Below the pieces are notes generated by a model, which made no database searches, was not told the origin of the DNA, and saw only the letters and a program-made list of their open reading frames with translations. A DNA stretch of 64,000 bases from an uncultured Isosphaeraceae bacterium (lineage in GTDB: Bacteria; Planctomycetota; Planctomycetia; Isosphaerales; Isosphaeraceae): positions 118,613 through 182,612 of the forward strand of contig CAZSQA010000003.1 in assembly GCA_964608915.1 (NCBI GenBank). The letters are read 5' to 3'. The translations under genes were made by a program, and so were the position numbers. Of this stretch, positions 36,246 to 46,594 are shown piece after piece (within the stretch, counting starts at the first letter, position 1; every line of letters begins with the position of its first letter).

Positions 36246-37619
36246 ATGATCCGGCTCGATGCGCAACGGAAAGTCCATTTGTGCGGCGGCGTCAGCCGAC
36301 GTGATTTCCTCCATGCCGGCGCACTGCCGATGTTCGGCCTGGGAATGACGCAAGCCGCCGCGGCCCAGGCCGCGACGCAGGCCGCCGATAACGGCATGAA
36401 CTGCATCATGCTGTTTCTCGTCGGGGCCCCGTCGCAAATCGACTGCTGGGACATGAAACCGGACGCCCCCGCGGAAATTCGCGGGCCATTCAAGCCGATC
36501 GAGACGAACGTTCCCGGCATTTTCGTGTCGGAGATCTTCCCCCGGCTGGCCACGATGATGGACAAAGTCTCGCTCGTGCGTTCGACCTACCACCAGGCGA
36601 CGGCCATTCACGACACAGGCTATCAGATGATGCAGACGGGCCGGCTGTTCGGCCCGGGTATCGAACACCCGCCCTACGGCAGCGTCATGGCCTGGCACAA
36701 GGGCCCGAAGGGCGATGCCCCGCCCTATGTCCTGCTCCCCAAACCGATCGGAGCCACCGGCGGCAACCTGCCGCATGCTCACGGTGCGGGTTATCTGGGC
36801 AAAACGTATGACCCGTTCATCCTCAATGCCGACCCGAACGCCGCCGATTTTCAGGTTCCCGACCTGTTACCGCCGGATTACGTGACGGCCGTGCGGTCCG
36901 AAAGACGTCGAAGCATGCGGAAAGCGATCGAGGGCAATATGAACGCCTTCGAGGCATCGGCTGAAGCGAAGCTGCTGGATGCGAATTTCCGTCAGGCCTA
37001 TGCCATCATGTCGTCGAAAAAGACACGTGAGGCCTTTGACCTGAAGAAGGAAGCCGACGACGTGCGCGACCGCTACGGCAGAACTCGATTCGGCCAGTCG
37101 TGCCTTATGGCCCGGCGGCTGATCGAAGCCGGCGTGCGATTCGTTACCGTGAACATGTTCGAAACGGTCTTCAACGAAGTCACCTGGGACATTCACGGTT
37201 CCGCCCCGTTCACGTCCATCGAAGGGCTGAAGGACGAAGTCGCCCCCAACTTCGACCGTGCCTATACCGCCCTGCTCGAGGACCTCTACCGTAGCGGAAT
37301 CTTGTCGAACACTATGGTTCTGGCCTTCGGCGAATTCGGCCGGACTCCCAAAATCAACCCCGCAGGCGGCCGAGACCATCACCCGGGCGTTTGGACGAGC
37401 CTGTTCGCGGGCGGGCCGTTCAAGGGAGGTACCGTCGTCGGAGAGTCGGACGAAATCGGCGGATCGCCGAAAACTCGCCCCGTGACCACCGGCGAAATCG
37501 CCGCGACCGTCTATCACGGTTTGGGCCTGAAACCCGACCTCGAACTGCGTGGACCCGGCAACCGGCCAATCCGGCTCGTCGAAAACGGCAACGAACCGAT
37601 CCACGAGCTGTTCGCCTGA
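36246..37619 (+). CDS. DUF1501 domain protein (sulfatase/alkaline-phosphatase-like fold, Tat signal)
   Basis: The internal ATG at 36246 gives MIRLDAQRKVHLCGGVSRRDFLHAGALPMFGL (twin-Arg). Also ...MLFLVGAPSQIDCWDMKP..., FGEFGRTPKINPAGGRDHHP (hallmark GRDHH) and a C-terminal ...PIHELF. Confidence 0.9.
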   Translation: MIRLDAQRKVHLCGGVSRRDFLHAGALPMFGLGMTQAAAAQAATQAADNGMNCIMLFLVGAPSQIDCWDMKPDAPAEIRGPFKPIETNVPGIFVSEIFPRLATMMDKVSLVRSTYHQATAIHDTGYQMMQTGRLFGPGIEHPPYGSVMAWHKGPKGDAPPYVLLPKPIGATGGNLPHAHGAGYLGKTYDPFILNADPNAADFQVPDLLPPDYVTAVRSERRRSMRKAIEGNMNAFEASAEAKLLDANFRQAYAIMSSKKTREAFDLKKEADDVRDRYGRTRFGQSCLMARRLIEAGVRFVTVNMFETVFNEVTWDIHGSAPFTSIEGLKDEVAPNFDRAYTALLEDLYRSGILSNTMVLAFGEFGRTPKINPAGGRDHHPGVWTSLFAGGPFKGGTVVGESDEIGGSPKTRPVTTGEIAATVYHGLGLKPDLELRGPGNRPIRLVENGNEPIHELFA

Positions 37620-37681
37620 CGAATTGCACCGCCGCGTTCCGTTCGTACAGGTCCGGACGCCGTTCACCCTGGAATGACACC

Positions 37682-40150
37682 ATGCGTAATTTCTTTGCTG
37701 CCTCGTTCCTGGTGATCGCCACGGCCGTCACCGGATCGGCCCAGACGGATGCCTCACGGCCCGTGATCGTTCCGGGCGTCATCGACCTGAAGACGATCGA
37801 CAGTGTCGAAAGCCTGTCTCTGCTGCTTCTCGACCCTGCGGGTGTCGCGGTCAAGGATCTCTCCTCCGACGCGGTGTGGCGAGTCGATCCCCCGGATCTG
37901 GCCCGCCTGGATCCCGGCCCGACGCTCGTACCCCTGCGAAGCGGCGAAGGCAAGCTGATCGCCCGGGCCTCAAACGGAAAATCGGCCGAAACGAAGATCC
38001 GCATCGCCAGCCCCGCGGTCAGGCAAATCTGGAGCTACGAAAACCACGTCATGCCGGTTCTGACCAAAGCTGGCTGCAACTCCGGCCCTTGCCACGGGGC
38101 GATGGCCGGCAAAAGCGGGCTGAGGCTTTCCCTGCGGGGCTACGCTCCGGAGGTGGACCACGACGCCCTCGTTCGCCAGGCGAGTGGCAGGCGAATCCGC
38201 CCGGGTATCCCGGAAGAAAGCCTGGTTTTATGGAAGGCGACCGGGGTCGTGCCACATGGCGGCGGTACGCGTCTGGCCGCAGGCAGCCGCGATTATCGAG
38301 TCATCGCCGACTGGATCTCGGCCGGCGCCCCTGGCCCGCAGGCCAATTCCCCTCAAGTGGTTCGGATCGAAGCGTCACCCGCTCGGGCCAGGTTCGAAGC
38401 CGGCGAGCGTGGCCGGGTCACGGTCCGGGCGATTTCGAGCGACGGTACGTCCGAAGACGTCACCGGCTGGGCCAAGTTCGGCACGACGGATTCGACGATT
38501 CTGGCCGTGGACGAGGATGGCCGCTTCCGGGCCGAAAATCCCGGTGAAGCCCACGTCACCGTCTGGTACGCCAATCAGGTGACGACCGTTCCCGTGTCGG
38601 TTCCGAATCCGGCGAAAGTCGACCCGAAACTCTTTGCCCAGGCCCCCCGTCACAACAAGATTGACGAAATCAACCTGACCAAACTTCAGGCCCTGGGGCT
38701 GCCTCCTTCACCCGACGCAGGAGATGCCGCATGGCTGCGCCGGGCCACGCTCGACATCACGGGCCAACTCCCTGCCCCGGAGCGTCTCAAGTCGTTTCTG
38801 GCGGATACCGCTCCCGACAAAAGGCGACAGGAAGTCACCCGCCTGCTGGCCACCACCGAGGCGATCGATTATTGGGCCTATCAGTGGTCCGATCTGCTGC
38901 TGGTTTCGTCCAACAAACTCTCGACACCCGCACTCTGGGCCTTCTACGGATTCGTCCGCGAAAGCGTGGCCGCTAATGAGCCGTGGGACAAATTCGTGCG
39001 CCGGATCGTCACGGCCAAAGGCAGCTCGCTCACGGAAGGGGCCGGTAATTTCTACGCCATCCACCGCGACCCGACGGACCTCACCGAAACCTCCAGCGTC
39101 GCCTTCCTCGGCCTCTCCCTCACCTGCGCACGTTGCCATAACCATCCGATGGAAAAGTGGACACAAGATCAGTACTACGGCTTTGCCTCGATGCTCGGCC
39201 GGGTTGGGTTGAAAGACGGCGATGCGGCCGGCGAAGTGATCGTGAGCGATCGCCCCGATGGCGAAATTTATCACCCGCGCCGTGGCAAGCCGATGCCGCC
39301 CCAGCCGCTGGACGCTCCCGCGCTCACGGCACCGGACTCCCGCAATCGCCGTGACGCTCTGGCCGACTGGATGACTGCCCCCGAAAATCCCCTGTTCGCC
39401 AGGGCGATCGTGAACCGGGTCTGGAAGAAATTCTTCGGCCGGGGCCTGGTCGCCGACGAAGACGACATCAAGGCCACCGCCCCGCCCTGGGACGCGGACC
39501 TGCTGGCATGGCTCGAGGCCGACTTCAAGGCCCACGGGTTCGACATGCGGCACCTCGTGACGACGATCGCCACATCGGCCGTGTATGCCAGATCGCCGGA
39601 TCCTCTGCCGGGAAACCGGTCTGACACGCTTTATCTTTCTCGCAGCGTTCCCCGGCGTCTGCCTGCGGAAGTGCTGCTGGATGTGCTTTCGCAAGTGACC
39701 GAAGTGCCGACCTCCTTCGCCGGCTTCCCGGAAAAGTGGCGGGCCGTGCAATTGCCGGATTCGAAAGTGGCCAACGGCTTTCTTTCGGCTTTCGGGCGGC
39801 CCGAACGACTGACGACTTGCTCCTGCGAGCGATCGAACGAGCCTTCCGTCGCCCAGGCCCTGAACCTGGCCAACGGCGAAGCGCTCAACGGCAAGCTGCG
39901 GTCGGAAAAAGGCCTGCCGCGCCGGTGGGCCGATTCGCCCATGAGCGAAGATGAGATCGTCGAAGGCCTGTTCCTGAAGGCCCTCACCCGGCAACCGACG
40001 CCGGCGGAACGCGCGAAACTCGTCACCGGCCTGCAAGAAGCCTTGGCCGGAATCGACGATCCCGCCAAACGGAAGGAAGCCAGACGCACTGCGGTCGAAG
40101 ATCTCTTCTGGGCCGTTCTCACGAGCGACGAATGCCTGTTCAACCATTGA
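37682..40150 (+). CDS. DUF1549/DUF1553 (PSCyt2/PSD1-type) protein with Ig-like (Big_2) inserts
   Basis: The ATG at 37682 gives the signal peptide MRNFFAASFLVIATAVTGSAQ. Contains GCNSGPCHGAMAGKSGLRLSLRGY, WLRRATLDITGQLP, CARCHNHPMEKWTQDQYYGFA, ...RSVPRRLPAEVLLD..., and a C-terminal FWAVLTSDECLFNH. Confidence 0.9.
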   Translation: MRNFFAASFLVIATAVTGSAQTDASRPVIVPGVIDLKTIDSVESLSLLLLDPAGVAVKDLSSDAVWRVDPPDLARLDPGPTLVPLRSGEGKLIARASNGKSAETKIRIASPAVRQIWSYENHVMPVLTKAGCNSGPCHGAMAGKSGLRLSLRGYAPEVDHDALVRQASGRRIRPGIPEESLVLWKATGVVPHGGGTRLAAGSRDYRVIADWISAGAPGPQANSPQVVRIEASPARARFEAGERGRVTVRAISSDGTSEDVTGWAKFGTTDSTILAVDEDGRFRAENPGEAHVTVWYANQVTTVPVSVPNPAKVDPKLFAQAPRHNKIDEINLTKLQALGLPPSPDAGDAAWLRRATLDITGQLPAPERLKSFLADTAPDKRRQEVTRLLATTEAIDYWAYQWSDLLLVSSNKLSTPALWAFYGFVRESVAANEPWDKFVRRIVTAKGSSLTEGAGNFYAIHRDPTDLTETSSVAFLGLSLTCARCHNHPMEKWTQDQYYGFASMLGRVGLKDGDAAGEVIVSDRPDGEIYHPRRGKPMPPQPLDAPALTAPDSRNRRDALADWMTAPENPLFARAIVNRVWKKFFGRGLVADEDDIKATAPPWDADLLAWLEADFKAHGFDMRHLVTTIATSAVYARSPDPLPGNRSDTLYLSRSVPRRLPAEVLLDVLSQVTEVPTSFAGFPEKWRAVQLPDSKVANGFLSAFGRPERLTTCSCERSNEPSVAQALNLANGEALNGKLRSEKGLPRRWADSPMSEDEIVEGLFLKALTRQPTPAERAKLVTGLQEALAGIDDPAKRKEARRTAVEDLFWAVLTSDECLFNH

Positions 40151-40221
40151 TTTCGACACAAGATCTGACTGGCCGGGAAGTTCCGCACAACGGCCGACCA
40201 GTCGCCAAGGGACCGTCACGT

Positions 40222-43200
40222 ATGAGACCTCGTCGATTTCGATGCGAACCGGTCGTCGGTCTGGCTGTTCTCAGCTTGATCCTCATCAGGCTGCAATCAC
40301 CGGCATTCGGGCTCGACGACGCCAGACCCGTCAGCTTCGTTCGCGACATCGCCCCCATTCTGGCCGTGCATTGCCAGGGCTGCCATCACGCCGGTAAGGC
40401 CGCCATGGGGTTCGATCTTTCGAGCTTCGAAGCCCTCAAAAAAGGTGGCAAGCAAAGCGGCCCTGACGAGATCGTCGTGCCCGGCAAGCCTGGAGACAGC
40501 CGGCTCGTCGAAGTCATCGAGGCCGAAGCCGAGCCACGCATGCCCCTGAAGCTGCCGCCGCTGCCGGAAGCGTCGATCACCCTGATTTCCCGCTGGATCG
40601 CCGAAGGGGCGAAATATGACGCCCCGGCCCCGAAAACGCCTTTGATCGCCTTGATCGACCCGGCCTCAGCACTGAAAGCCCAGGCCGCAATCGGCCAGGT
40701 GAGCATCGCGAAAGCCGATGACCCGGCGACGAGATCCGCCGCCCGTGCCGTCGCCTTGAGCCCGGACGCTCGCTGGCTGGCTCTCGACCGAGGCAACCGG
40801 GTCGACCTGTACGAAACCGCTGCCGACGCCGAACCCCGGCGCTCGATGGGCCCACTCGCAGGTAACGTCTCGGCCATCGCCTTTTCTCATGACGGCAAAA
40901 CGATTTACGTCGCCCACAGCCGGCCAGGGATCGACGGCTCGGTCGCGGCCTTCGATGCCGCCAATGGCCAAAAAGCGTTCGATACGCCGGCTCACAAGGA
41001 CCAGATTCTGGGACTGACCGTCTCGCCGGACGGAAAAATTCTGGCATCAGCATCTTACGACCGATCGATCGCCATTCTCGAAGCTGCTTCGGGCAACTTC
41101 CGCCAGCGGCTCGTCGAACATACGGACGCCGTTTTCGACGTGGCGTTCGCCCCGAACGATCCCGACCGGCTCGCATCAGCCTCAGCCGATCGGACGGTCA
41201 AGCTCTGGAATCTCAAAACGGGCAAGAGAATCGAAACGCTCTCCGACGCCACCGGCGAATTGATGGCCCTTGAATTTTCGGCCGACGGCAAAACGATTTA
41301 CGGCGGCGGCGCGGACCGTACGCTGCGTGCCTGGGATATCGCGGCCAATCCGCCGAAGCTTTTGCGTTCTGCCCTGGCACACGAAGCCCCGATCGACGCC
41401 ATCGCCGTTTTCGAAGGCGCGCAGGGCTCGGTCCCTGCGATCGTTACGGTGGCTCAGGACCGCACGCTCAAACGCTGGTCCGCCTCCAATTTCGAACCGG
41501 TCGGAACGCCCCGCAAATTCGACGACTGGCCAGCCGGAATTTCCCTTCGCTCCGGCAAACTCGCCGTGGCCGAACTCTCAGGCGCCGCCTGGTTGCTCGA
41601 TCCGGCCAAACCGGAATCCGCCGCGACGTGGATTCGCCCCGCACGCGGCACACGTGCCGGCAAGCCGGACAGCTTTATGCCGCAACTCGTTCGTCTGGCG
41701 GATCTTGGGCGGCCATCCCCGGCTGTGGTCTCGGCCGATTCGAATGTCGTCGTCACGCTCTCCGGCCAGGGCGTCGGAAAGACGCTTCAGACCTGGGTGA
41801 GCCCTGCGGACGTCAAATTCGAAATCATTCCCCACGACCCTCCGCAGCCGAATTCGGTCAAACTGTCACTGACGATCCCGCCCCGGTCCGGCATCGATTC
41901 CGTGCGTGTTCGGCTGTGGACCCCGCAAGGCGTGACCGGCGAGCAATCGATTCTCGTCGTTCCCGGGAAAATCCGCGAAATAGCCGCTCGCATGCCTGGC
42001 GATGAGGCCGAATTGCCCGAAATCGCCAGCGGCGAAACCATCCGCACGACGATCGCCGCCCCAGGTCAGGTCTTCACTGCCCGGATCAAGGTGCGCAAGG
42101 GCGAGACTGTCACACTGCGCTCTCTCGGCCGCTCCGCGGGTTCGAGTCTCAGCGAAAAAATCGAGTTCCAATCGACCGACGGTCGCAAACTGGCCACGAT
42201 GGATACCCAGACCGGCCGGGAACCGATTCTGTCATACGTGCCCGAATTCGATGGCGAAATCCTCGCGAAAGTGAGTGATTCGCAATTCTCCGGGGGCGGC
42301 AATCACTTCGCTCTGCTCGAGCGATCGAATCGCCCGCTCGCGGCCTATCATTGGCCGCCCGCCATGGGTGCGAAGGAAGAAGCCAGCGTCGTCTGGAACT
42401 CGAACGGCGGACGATCGGCGATCACTCCGCGGCCCTCCGCTCCGTCCGAATTCCCCGAACCGCTCCGGCATGAGACCGTTCGCCCCCCCGAAGGATGGCT
42501 ACCCGACCGCGGCCGGTCGATGCTCGTCGTTCCCGGTCAAACCGTCCGCCCCGGGGCCGATTCGAAGCCGCTAAAGCCTGGTGACGCCGCCATCGGCCTG
42601 CTCTCTTCAGGGCTCGCTGCTCACACATTCGCATTCGAAGCCCGGGCGGGAGAAAAGCTCGTCATCGAAACCTGGGCCCGACGTTTGGGTTATGACACCG
42701 ACACCATCATCGACTTGACCGACCCGCAGGGCAAACCGGTCGTACTCGCCCGATTCCGCAAAGTGGCCGATACGCTCGTCGACTTCCGCGACCACACCAG
42801 CCGCCAGAAGACCATCCGCCTGACGCGCTGGCCTGAATTCCGCATGAACGACTATGTCCTCATCGGCCGCGAAATCGCACGTATTTTCAATTTGCCGAAA
42901 AACCCTGACGATGACTGTCAGTTCTACGGCGACGAAGCTCGCTGGGGCTACTTCGGAACCACGCCGGAACAAGTGCCGCAGGGCCGCACCGTCACTCGGC
43001 TGGAATTGCTGCCGGCTGGAGATTCCGTTTCGGTCGACCCCTCGATACTCCACGAAGCCCTGGCCGTCAACGACGACGGCGGCATGACCGTCGGTAACGA
43101 TTCCCGGCTGTTTTTCACTCCGCCCGCCGACGGAATTTACAAGATTCGCGTGCGTGAAACCGGCGGCCGCTTCGGGCCGAATTTCGGTTATGCCCTGGTC

Positions 43201-43911
43201 GTCCGCAAGCCCCGGCCTGACTTCACATTGCAATTTAGCCCGATGGACTGGAACGTACCGGAAGGCGGCAATCGTGTCGTCACCGCCACGATCCGCCGCT
43301 TGGACGGTTTCGAAGGCCCCGTCGACCTGCATTTCGAAAGTTTGCCGAAACATCTGAAAGCGTCCGCTGGCCGCATCGAACCAGGGCAGCTTTCCTGCGA
43401 CATGCTCATCGCGCATGACGGTTCGCCAGTCGAAGAATTCACCCCGGACGCCGCGTGGAAGCTCATCGCGACATCGAGCGTCGAAGGTCATGCCCGAACG
43501 CACGAAATCGACGGCTCCCATGCGAAATGGGCCATCACGCCGAAATCGAACCTGCGGCTGACGGCTTCGCACGACAAGCTGCAACTGGCACCCGGCGAAA
43601 TCGTCGAATTGCAATTGAATGTCGAGCGTTCCGAACCCTTTGCGGGCCGGGTGCCCGTCGATGTCCGCAACCTTCCTTACGGCGTACGAGTGCTCGATAT
43701 CGGCCTTAATGGCGTCCTGATCACCGAGAAAGAAACCCGACGTACAATCCGGATCTTCGCCGAAGACTGGGTCGAGCCGCAATCTCGTCCATTCTTCGCC
43801 GTCGGGCGAGCCGAATCGGCGGGCACTTCCGACAGTGCGCCTCCCGTCGTACTGGAAATTCTGCCCCGGAAAAGTCCGCAGGTGACGGCCATCACCGGGC
43901 CTGCAAAATGA
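40222..43911 (+). CDS. PSCyt1 (planctomycete cytochrome c domain)-WD40 repeat giant protein
   Basis: The ATG at 40222 follows AAGGGA. Signal peptide, then VSFVRDIAPILAVHCQGCHH (CxxCH) and RMPLKLPPLPEASITLISRWI. WD repeats: SASYDRSIAILE, SASADRTVKLWNL, GGADRTLRAWDI. The C-terminal half (about 750 aa) is unassigned. Confidence 0.85.
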   Translation: MRPRRFRCEPVVGLAVLSLILIRLQSPAFGLDDARPVSFVRDIAPILAVHCQGCHHAGKAAMGFDLSSFEALKKGGKQSGPDEIVVPGKPGDSRLVEVIEAEAEPRMPLKLPPLPEASITLISRWIAEGAKYDAPAPKTPLIALIDPASALKAQAAIGQVSIAKADDPATRSAARAVALSPDARWLALDRGNRVDLYETAADAEPRRSMGPLAGNVSAIAFSHDGKTIYVAHSRPGIDGSVAAFDAANGQKAFDTPAHKDQILGLTVSPDGKILASASYDRSIAILEAASGNFRQRLVEHTDAVFDVAFAPNDPDRLASASADRTVKLWNLKTGKRIETLSDATGELMALEFSADGKTIYGGGADRTLRAWDIAANPPKLLRSALAHEAPIDAIAVFEGAQGSVPAIVTVAQDRTLKRWSASNFEPVGTPRKFDDWPAGISLRSGKLAVAELSGAAWLLDPAKPESAATWIRPARGTRAGKPDSFMPQLVRLADLGRPSPAVVSADSNVVVTLSGQGVGKTLQTWVSPADVKFEIIPHDPPQPNSVKLSLTIPPRSGIDSVRVRLWTPQGVTGEQSILVVPGKIREIAARMPGDEAELPEIASGETIRTTIAAPGQVFTARIKVRKGETVTLRSLGRSAGSSLSEKIEFQSTDGRKLATMDTQTGREPILSYVPEFDGEILAKVSDSQFSGGGNHFALLERSNRPLAAYHWPPAMGAKEEASVVWNSNGGRSAITPRPSAPSEFPEPLRHETVRPPEGWLPDRGRSMLVVPGQTVRPGADSKPLKPGDAAIGLLSSGLAAHTFAFEARAGEKLVIETWARRLGYDTDTIIDLTDPQGKPVVLARFRKVADTLVDFRDHTSRQKTIRLTRWPEFRMNDYVLIGREIARIFNLPKNPDDDCQFYGDEARWGYFGTTPEQVPQGRTVTRLELLPAGDSVSVDPSILHEALAVNDDGGMTVGNDSRLFFTPPADGIYKIRVRETGGRFGPNFGYALVVRKPRPDFTLQFSPMDWNVPEGGNRVVTATIRRLDGFEGPVDLHFESLPKHLKASAGRIEPGQLSCDMLIAHDGSPVEEFTPDAAWKLIATSSVEGHARTHEIDGSHAKWAITPKSNLRLTASHDKLQLAPGEIVELQLNVERSEPFAGRVPVDVRNLPYGVRVLDIGLNGVLITEKETRRTIRIFAEDWVEPQSRPFFAVGRAESAGTSDSAPPVVLEILPRKSPQVTAITGPAK

Positions 43912-46343
43912 GCCTGGCCAACGCTGCCCCTCAGGCATCCCCAAAGTTCGGGGAATACCGCCACGCTTACCTGCTCGCGGCAGGGATGTTCGCCGTTTTC
44001 GTCGTGGCACAGCTTGCCGGCATCGAAGTCGTCGGCGGCGACCCGGACCGCTTCTTCCGTCCACTCAAAAGCGAATTCGTCCGAAGCCTGAAAGCAGGCA
44101 AATTGCCACTCTGGAGCGACCGGTTCGGCTACGGAATGCCACTCGCGGCCGAAAGCGAAGTCGGCGCCTTCTATCCGCCCCACTGGCTCATCTATCCCGC
44201 CTTCGGCACCAGCCTGGGCTATCGTGTCAGCCAGTGCCTGCATCAATACCTTGCGCTGTCATTCGTTTTTCTGCTGGCGCGTCGGCTGGGGGCGTTGCCG
44301 CTCGGGTCTGCCCTCGGGGCCATGATATTCGTCCTCGGCGGCTTTTCCACCATCCAGGCCAGCAAGGAATGGGCCATTCTCGGCATGGCCTGGATGCCCG
44401 CGGCATTTCTCGGCACGGAAATCTGGCTCGAACAAGGCTGGGATCGTTACGGCCGCCGCGGGCTGGCCCTCTTGTCGATTTCGCTCGCGTGCCTTGCCCT
44501 GATCGGCCACTTCCAGATGGCCCAGCTTACGTGCCTGGGCCTGGCGATCTGGGTCGCCACGCGATCTTTCGCCGACCGCGCGCTCCTGCACCGCTGGCCT
44601 GGCCTTTTTCTGGCGGTCTCGCTCGCCGCCGCCATCGCATCGCCCCAACTGGCTCTTTCATTGGAATATGCCGATTCGGTCGGTGCCCTGAATCGCAGCC
44701 TGAGCACTCTGTCCTACTATTCCTACCCTCTGGAATGCCTGACGGAACTGGCACTGCCGCTCTGGACGAGACGAGTCGCCGGCGGCCCGGAAGGCGCTTT
44801 CTGGACGATCAAAAACACCACACGATTCGAAGCCGCGATGTTCGTCGGAACGGCCGGGCTGATGTTCGCGATCATTGGCCTTTTCACCAGGGCGGAATGG
44901 GAAAAGCGGTCATTTCCCCTTATTGCCCTGATCATCGCCGGGTTCGGTATTTCCACGTTACCTCAATGGTCCGTCGAAGGGTACGCGACCCTCATCGAAT
45001 TGCCCGGCATGGGCCTGTTCCGTTGCCCTGGGCGTTACGGCGTGCTGGCTCACTTCGGCCTCGCCCTGGCGGCCGCACGCGGCTGGGGCCGCTGGCCGAA
45101 TGCAGTCTCGTTCGTCGCGATTCTGGCCACTTTCATTGGCTCAGCATGGTTTCTGCGGAGTTTTCTGGGCAAGCCACTGATCGCCCCCGGCATCGGGGCG
45201 AAGTTGCCCGTGGTCGAAGCCACGGCGAAACTGGCTGGCTTCACCGATCCTCTGATTTTCATCGTGGCACTGGTATCATTTTATGGCTTCGCGATTCTGA
45301 TTCTCTTTTCACTGAATCGACCGAGCTGGAAAGTCCTGCTGTTTCTGCTGGCGACGTGCGAATTGACGTACTTCTATTTCGCCGGACCGACCCGCTGGGG
45401 CTGGAGCCTCGGCCTGCCCGGATCAAGCCAGCTTCTCACGCGATTGGCCGAAGAATCCGCCGAAGGACCTGTCATGGTCGGCGGCAAGCTCGACAACGTG
45501 CCGGTGACCGCCGGCGCGACAACGGCCGCGGCCTATTTCGGCGTCAAGATGCCGCCCGCCAATGAAATGCTCAAAACCAGATCCGATGTGACGAGTTCCA
45601 ATTACATGCGCGTTCGTGGCGAGAAAGAGCAAGATCCGTTCTTACGCATGGGAGTACGCTATTCCATCGCCGGACTACCGCCCGGGGTCCGCCCTTGGCC
45701 AGGTAGCTGGATCGAAGCCACGAGAGCCTTTCCGAACGATCCGCTTTCGGAAGCGTTACCGCGACAGAGGCCTGGGCCCCTGACACTGAATCTGACGGAC
45801 CACATGCAGCCTGGTTCGAACTTGCCCGCCTGGGCCCACACCGCTCGAGATTACACGCTCGCGAGAGACCATTTTGGCGCATTCGACCAACTCTTCGCGA
45901 ACCCGACGATCGCGGCCTTCGAACGCCAACATGAAATCCAGCGCGATGACTTCGTTGCTCTTGGGCTTTTGACTCCTGAAAGACTCGACACGGAAGCGAC
46001 CGTAACCGCCGATCGATCGCATCTCGCCCTGAGCGTGCGCCACTCCCGCTCGGCCCTGATCATCCTGCGGCGCACTTACGACGAAGGCTGGCACGCGATC
46101 GACGAATCGACCGGAAAAGAATATCCGATCCTGCCCGTATTCGGCGGAATTCAGGCCATCATCGTGCCCCGCAGTGGTTCTGATCCTCAATTGACGGAAA
46201 CGAAGATCCGCCTGAAATATCGACCAGACAGCCTGAATTATACGATTCCCGCAAGCGTGATCGGCTCGCTTTCCCTGATATTTACAGGCTTCGTACGGCG
46301 TAATCGCAATGCGTCGAATGCTTCGATACCGAACGAAAATTGA
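43908..46343 (+). CDS. YfhO-family polytopic membrane protein (putative envelope glycosyltransferase-like)
   Basis: The start overlaps the upstream stop (ATGA at 43908-43911). Contains LKAGKLPLWSDRFGYGMPLAAESEVGAFYPPHWLIY (compare the YfhO pattern PLWNPyxfsGmPllAnxQsavFYP), more than 10 hydrophobic helices, and a large C-terminal soluble domain. Confidence 0.75.
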   Translation: MSLANAAPQASPKFGEYRHAYLLAAGMFAVFVVAQLAGIEVVGGDPDRFFRPLKSEFVRSLKAGKLPLWSDRFGYGMPLAAESEVGAFYPPHWLIYPAFGTSLGYRVSQCLHQYLALSFVFLLARRLGALPLGSALGAMIFVLGGFSTIQASKEWAILGMAWMPAAFLGTEIWLEQGWDRYGRRGLALLSISLACLALIGHFQMAQLTCLGLAIWVATRSFADRALLHRWPGLFLAVSLAAAIASPQLALSLEYADSVGALNRSLSTLSYYSYPLECLTELALPLWTRRVAGGPEGAFWTIKNTTRFEAAMFVGTAGLMFAIIGLFTRAEWEKRSFPLIALIIAGFGISTLPQWSVEGYATLIELPGMGLFRCPGRYGVLAHFGLALAAARGWGRWPNAVSFVAILATFIGSAWFLRSFLGKPLIAPGIGAKLPVVEATAKLAGFTDPLIFIVALVSFYGFAILILFSLNRPSWKVLLFLLATCELTYFYFAGPTRWGWSLGLPGSSQLLTRLAEESAEGPVMVGGKLDNVPVTAGATTAAAYFGVKMPPANEMLKTRSDVTSSNYMRVRGEKEQDPFLRMGVRYSIAGLPPGVRPWPGSWIEATRAFPNDPLSEALPRQRPGPLTLNLTDHMQPGSNLPAWAHTARDYTLARDHFGAFDQLFANPTIAAFERQHEIQRDDFVALGLLTPERLDTEATVTADRSHLALSVRHSRSALIILRRTYDEGWHAIDESTGKEYPILPVFGGIQAIIVPRSGSDPQLTETKIRLKYRPDSLNYTIPASVIGSLSLIFTGFVRRNRNASNASIPNEN

Positions 46344-46594
46344 AGTCGTTCGAAAGTCATTCGATTCGAAATGATCGCAATTTACCGGTGTATCGGATCA
46401 CACCGTCTACGAGCCGGAAGCGTCAGCGACGGAAGCGTTACCAGAAAGCAATCGCAAGCATTTGATTCGAAATGCGATGATCTGAATTGAATCCCGTCTC
46501 TCACGCTTCCGGCTCGTCGGCCGCAAGCGATTTCTTGGATGTCATTATCCTGAGGTCTCTCGACGAATCGAATTCGCCCCTTCGAAATCGACGA

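Noticed and set aside
38708-40219. 503-aa reverse ORF (and the similar 42607..44064, 485 aa)
   Set aside because: Both are antisense to the DUF1549/1553 and PSCyt1-WD40 genes. They are extreme Arg/Gly/Pro-rich and have no motifs.
44234-45565. 443-aa forward ORF in an alternative frame inside the YfhO-like gene
   Set aside because: It is out of frame with a multi-helix membrane protein whose hydrophobic periodicity is convincing. The alternative frame is Arg/Pro/Gly-rich and low-complexity.
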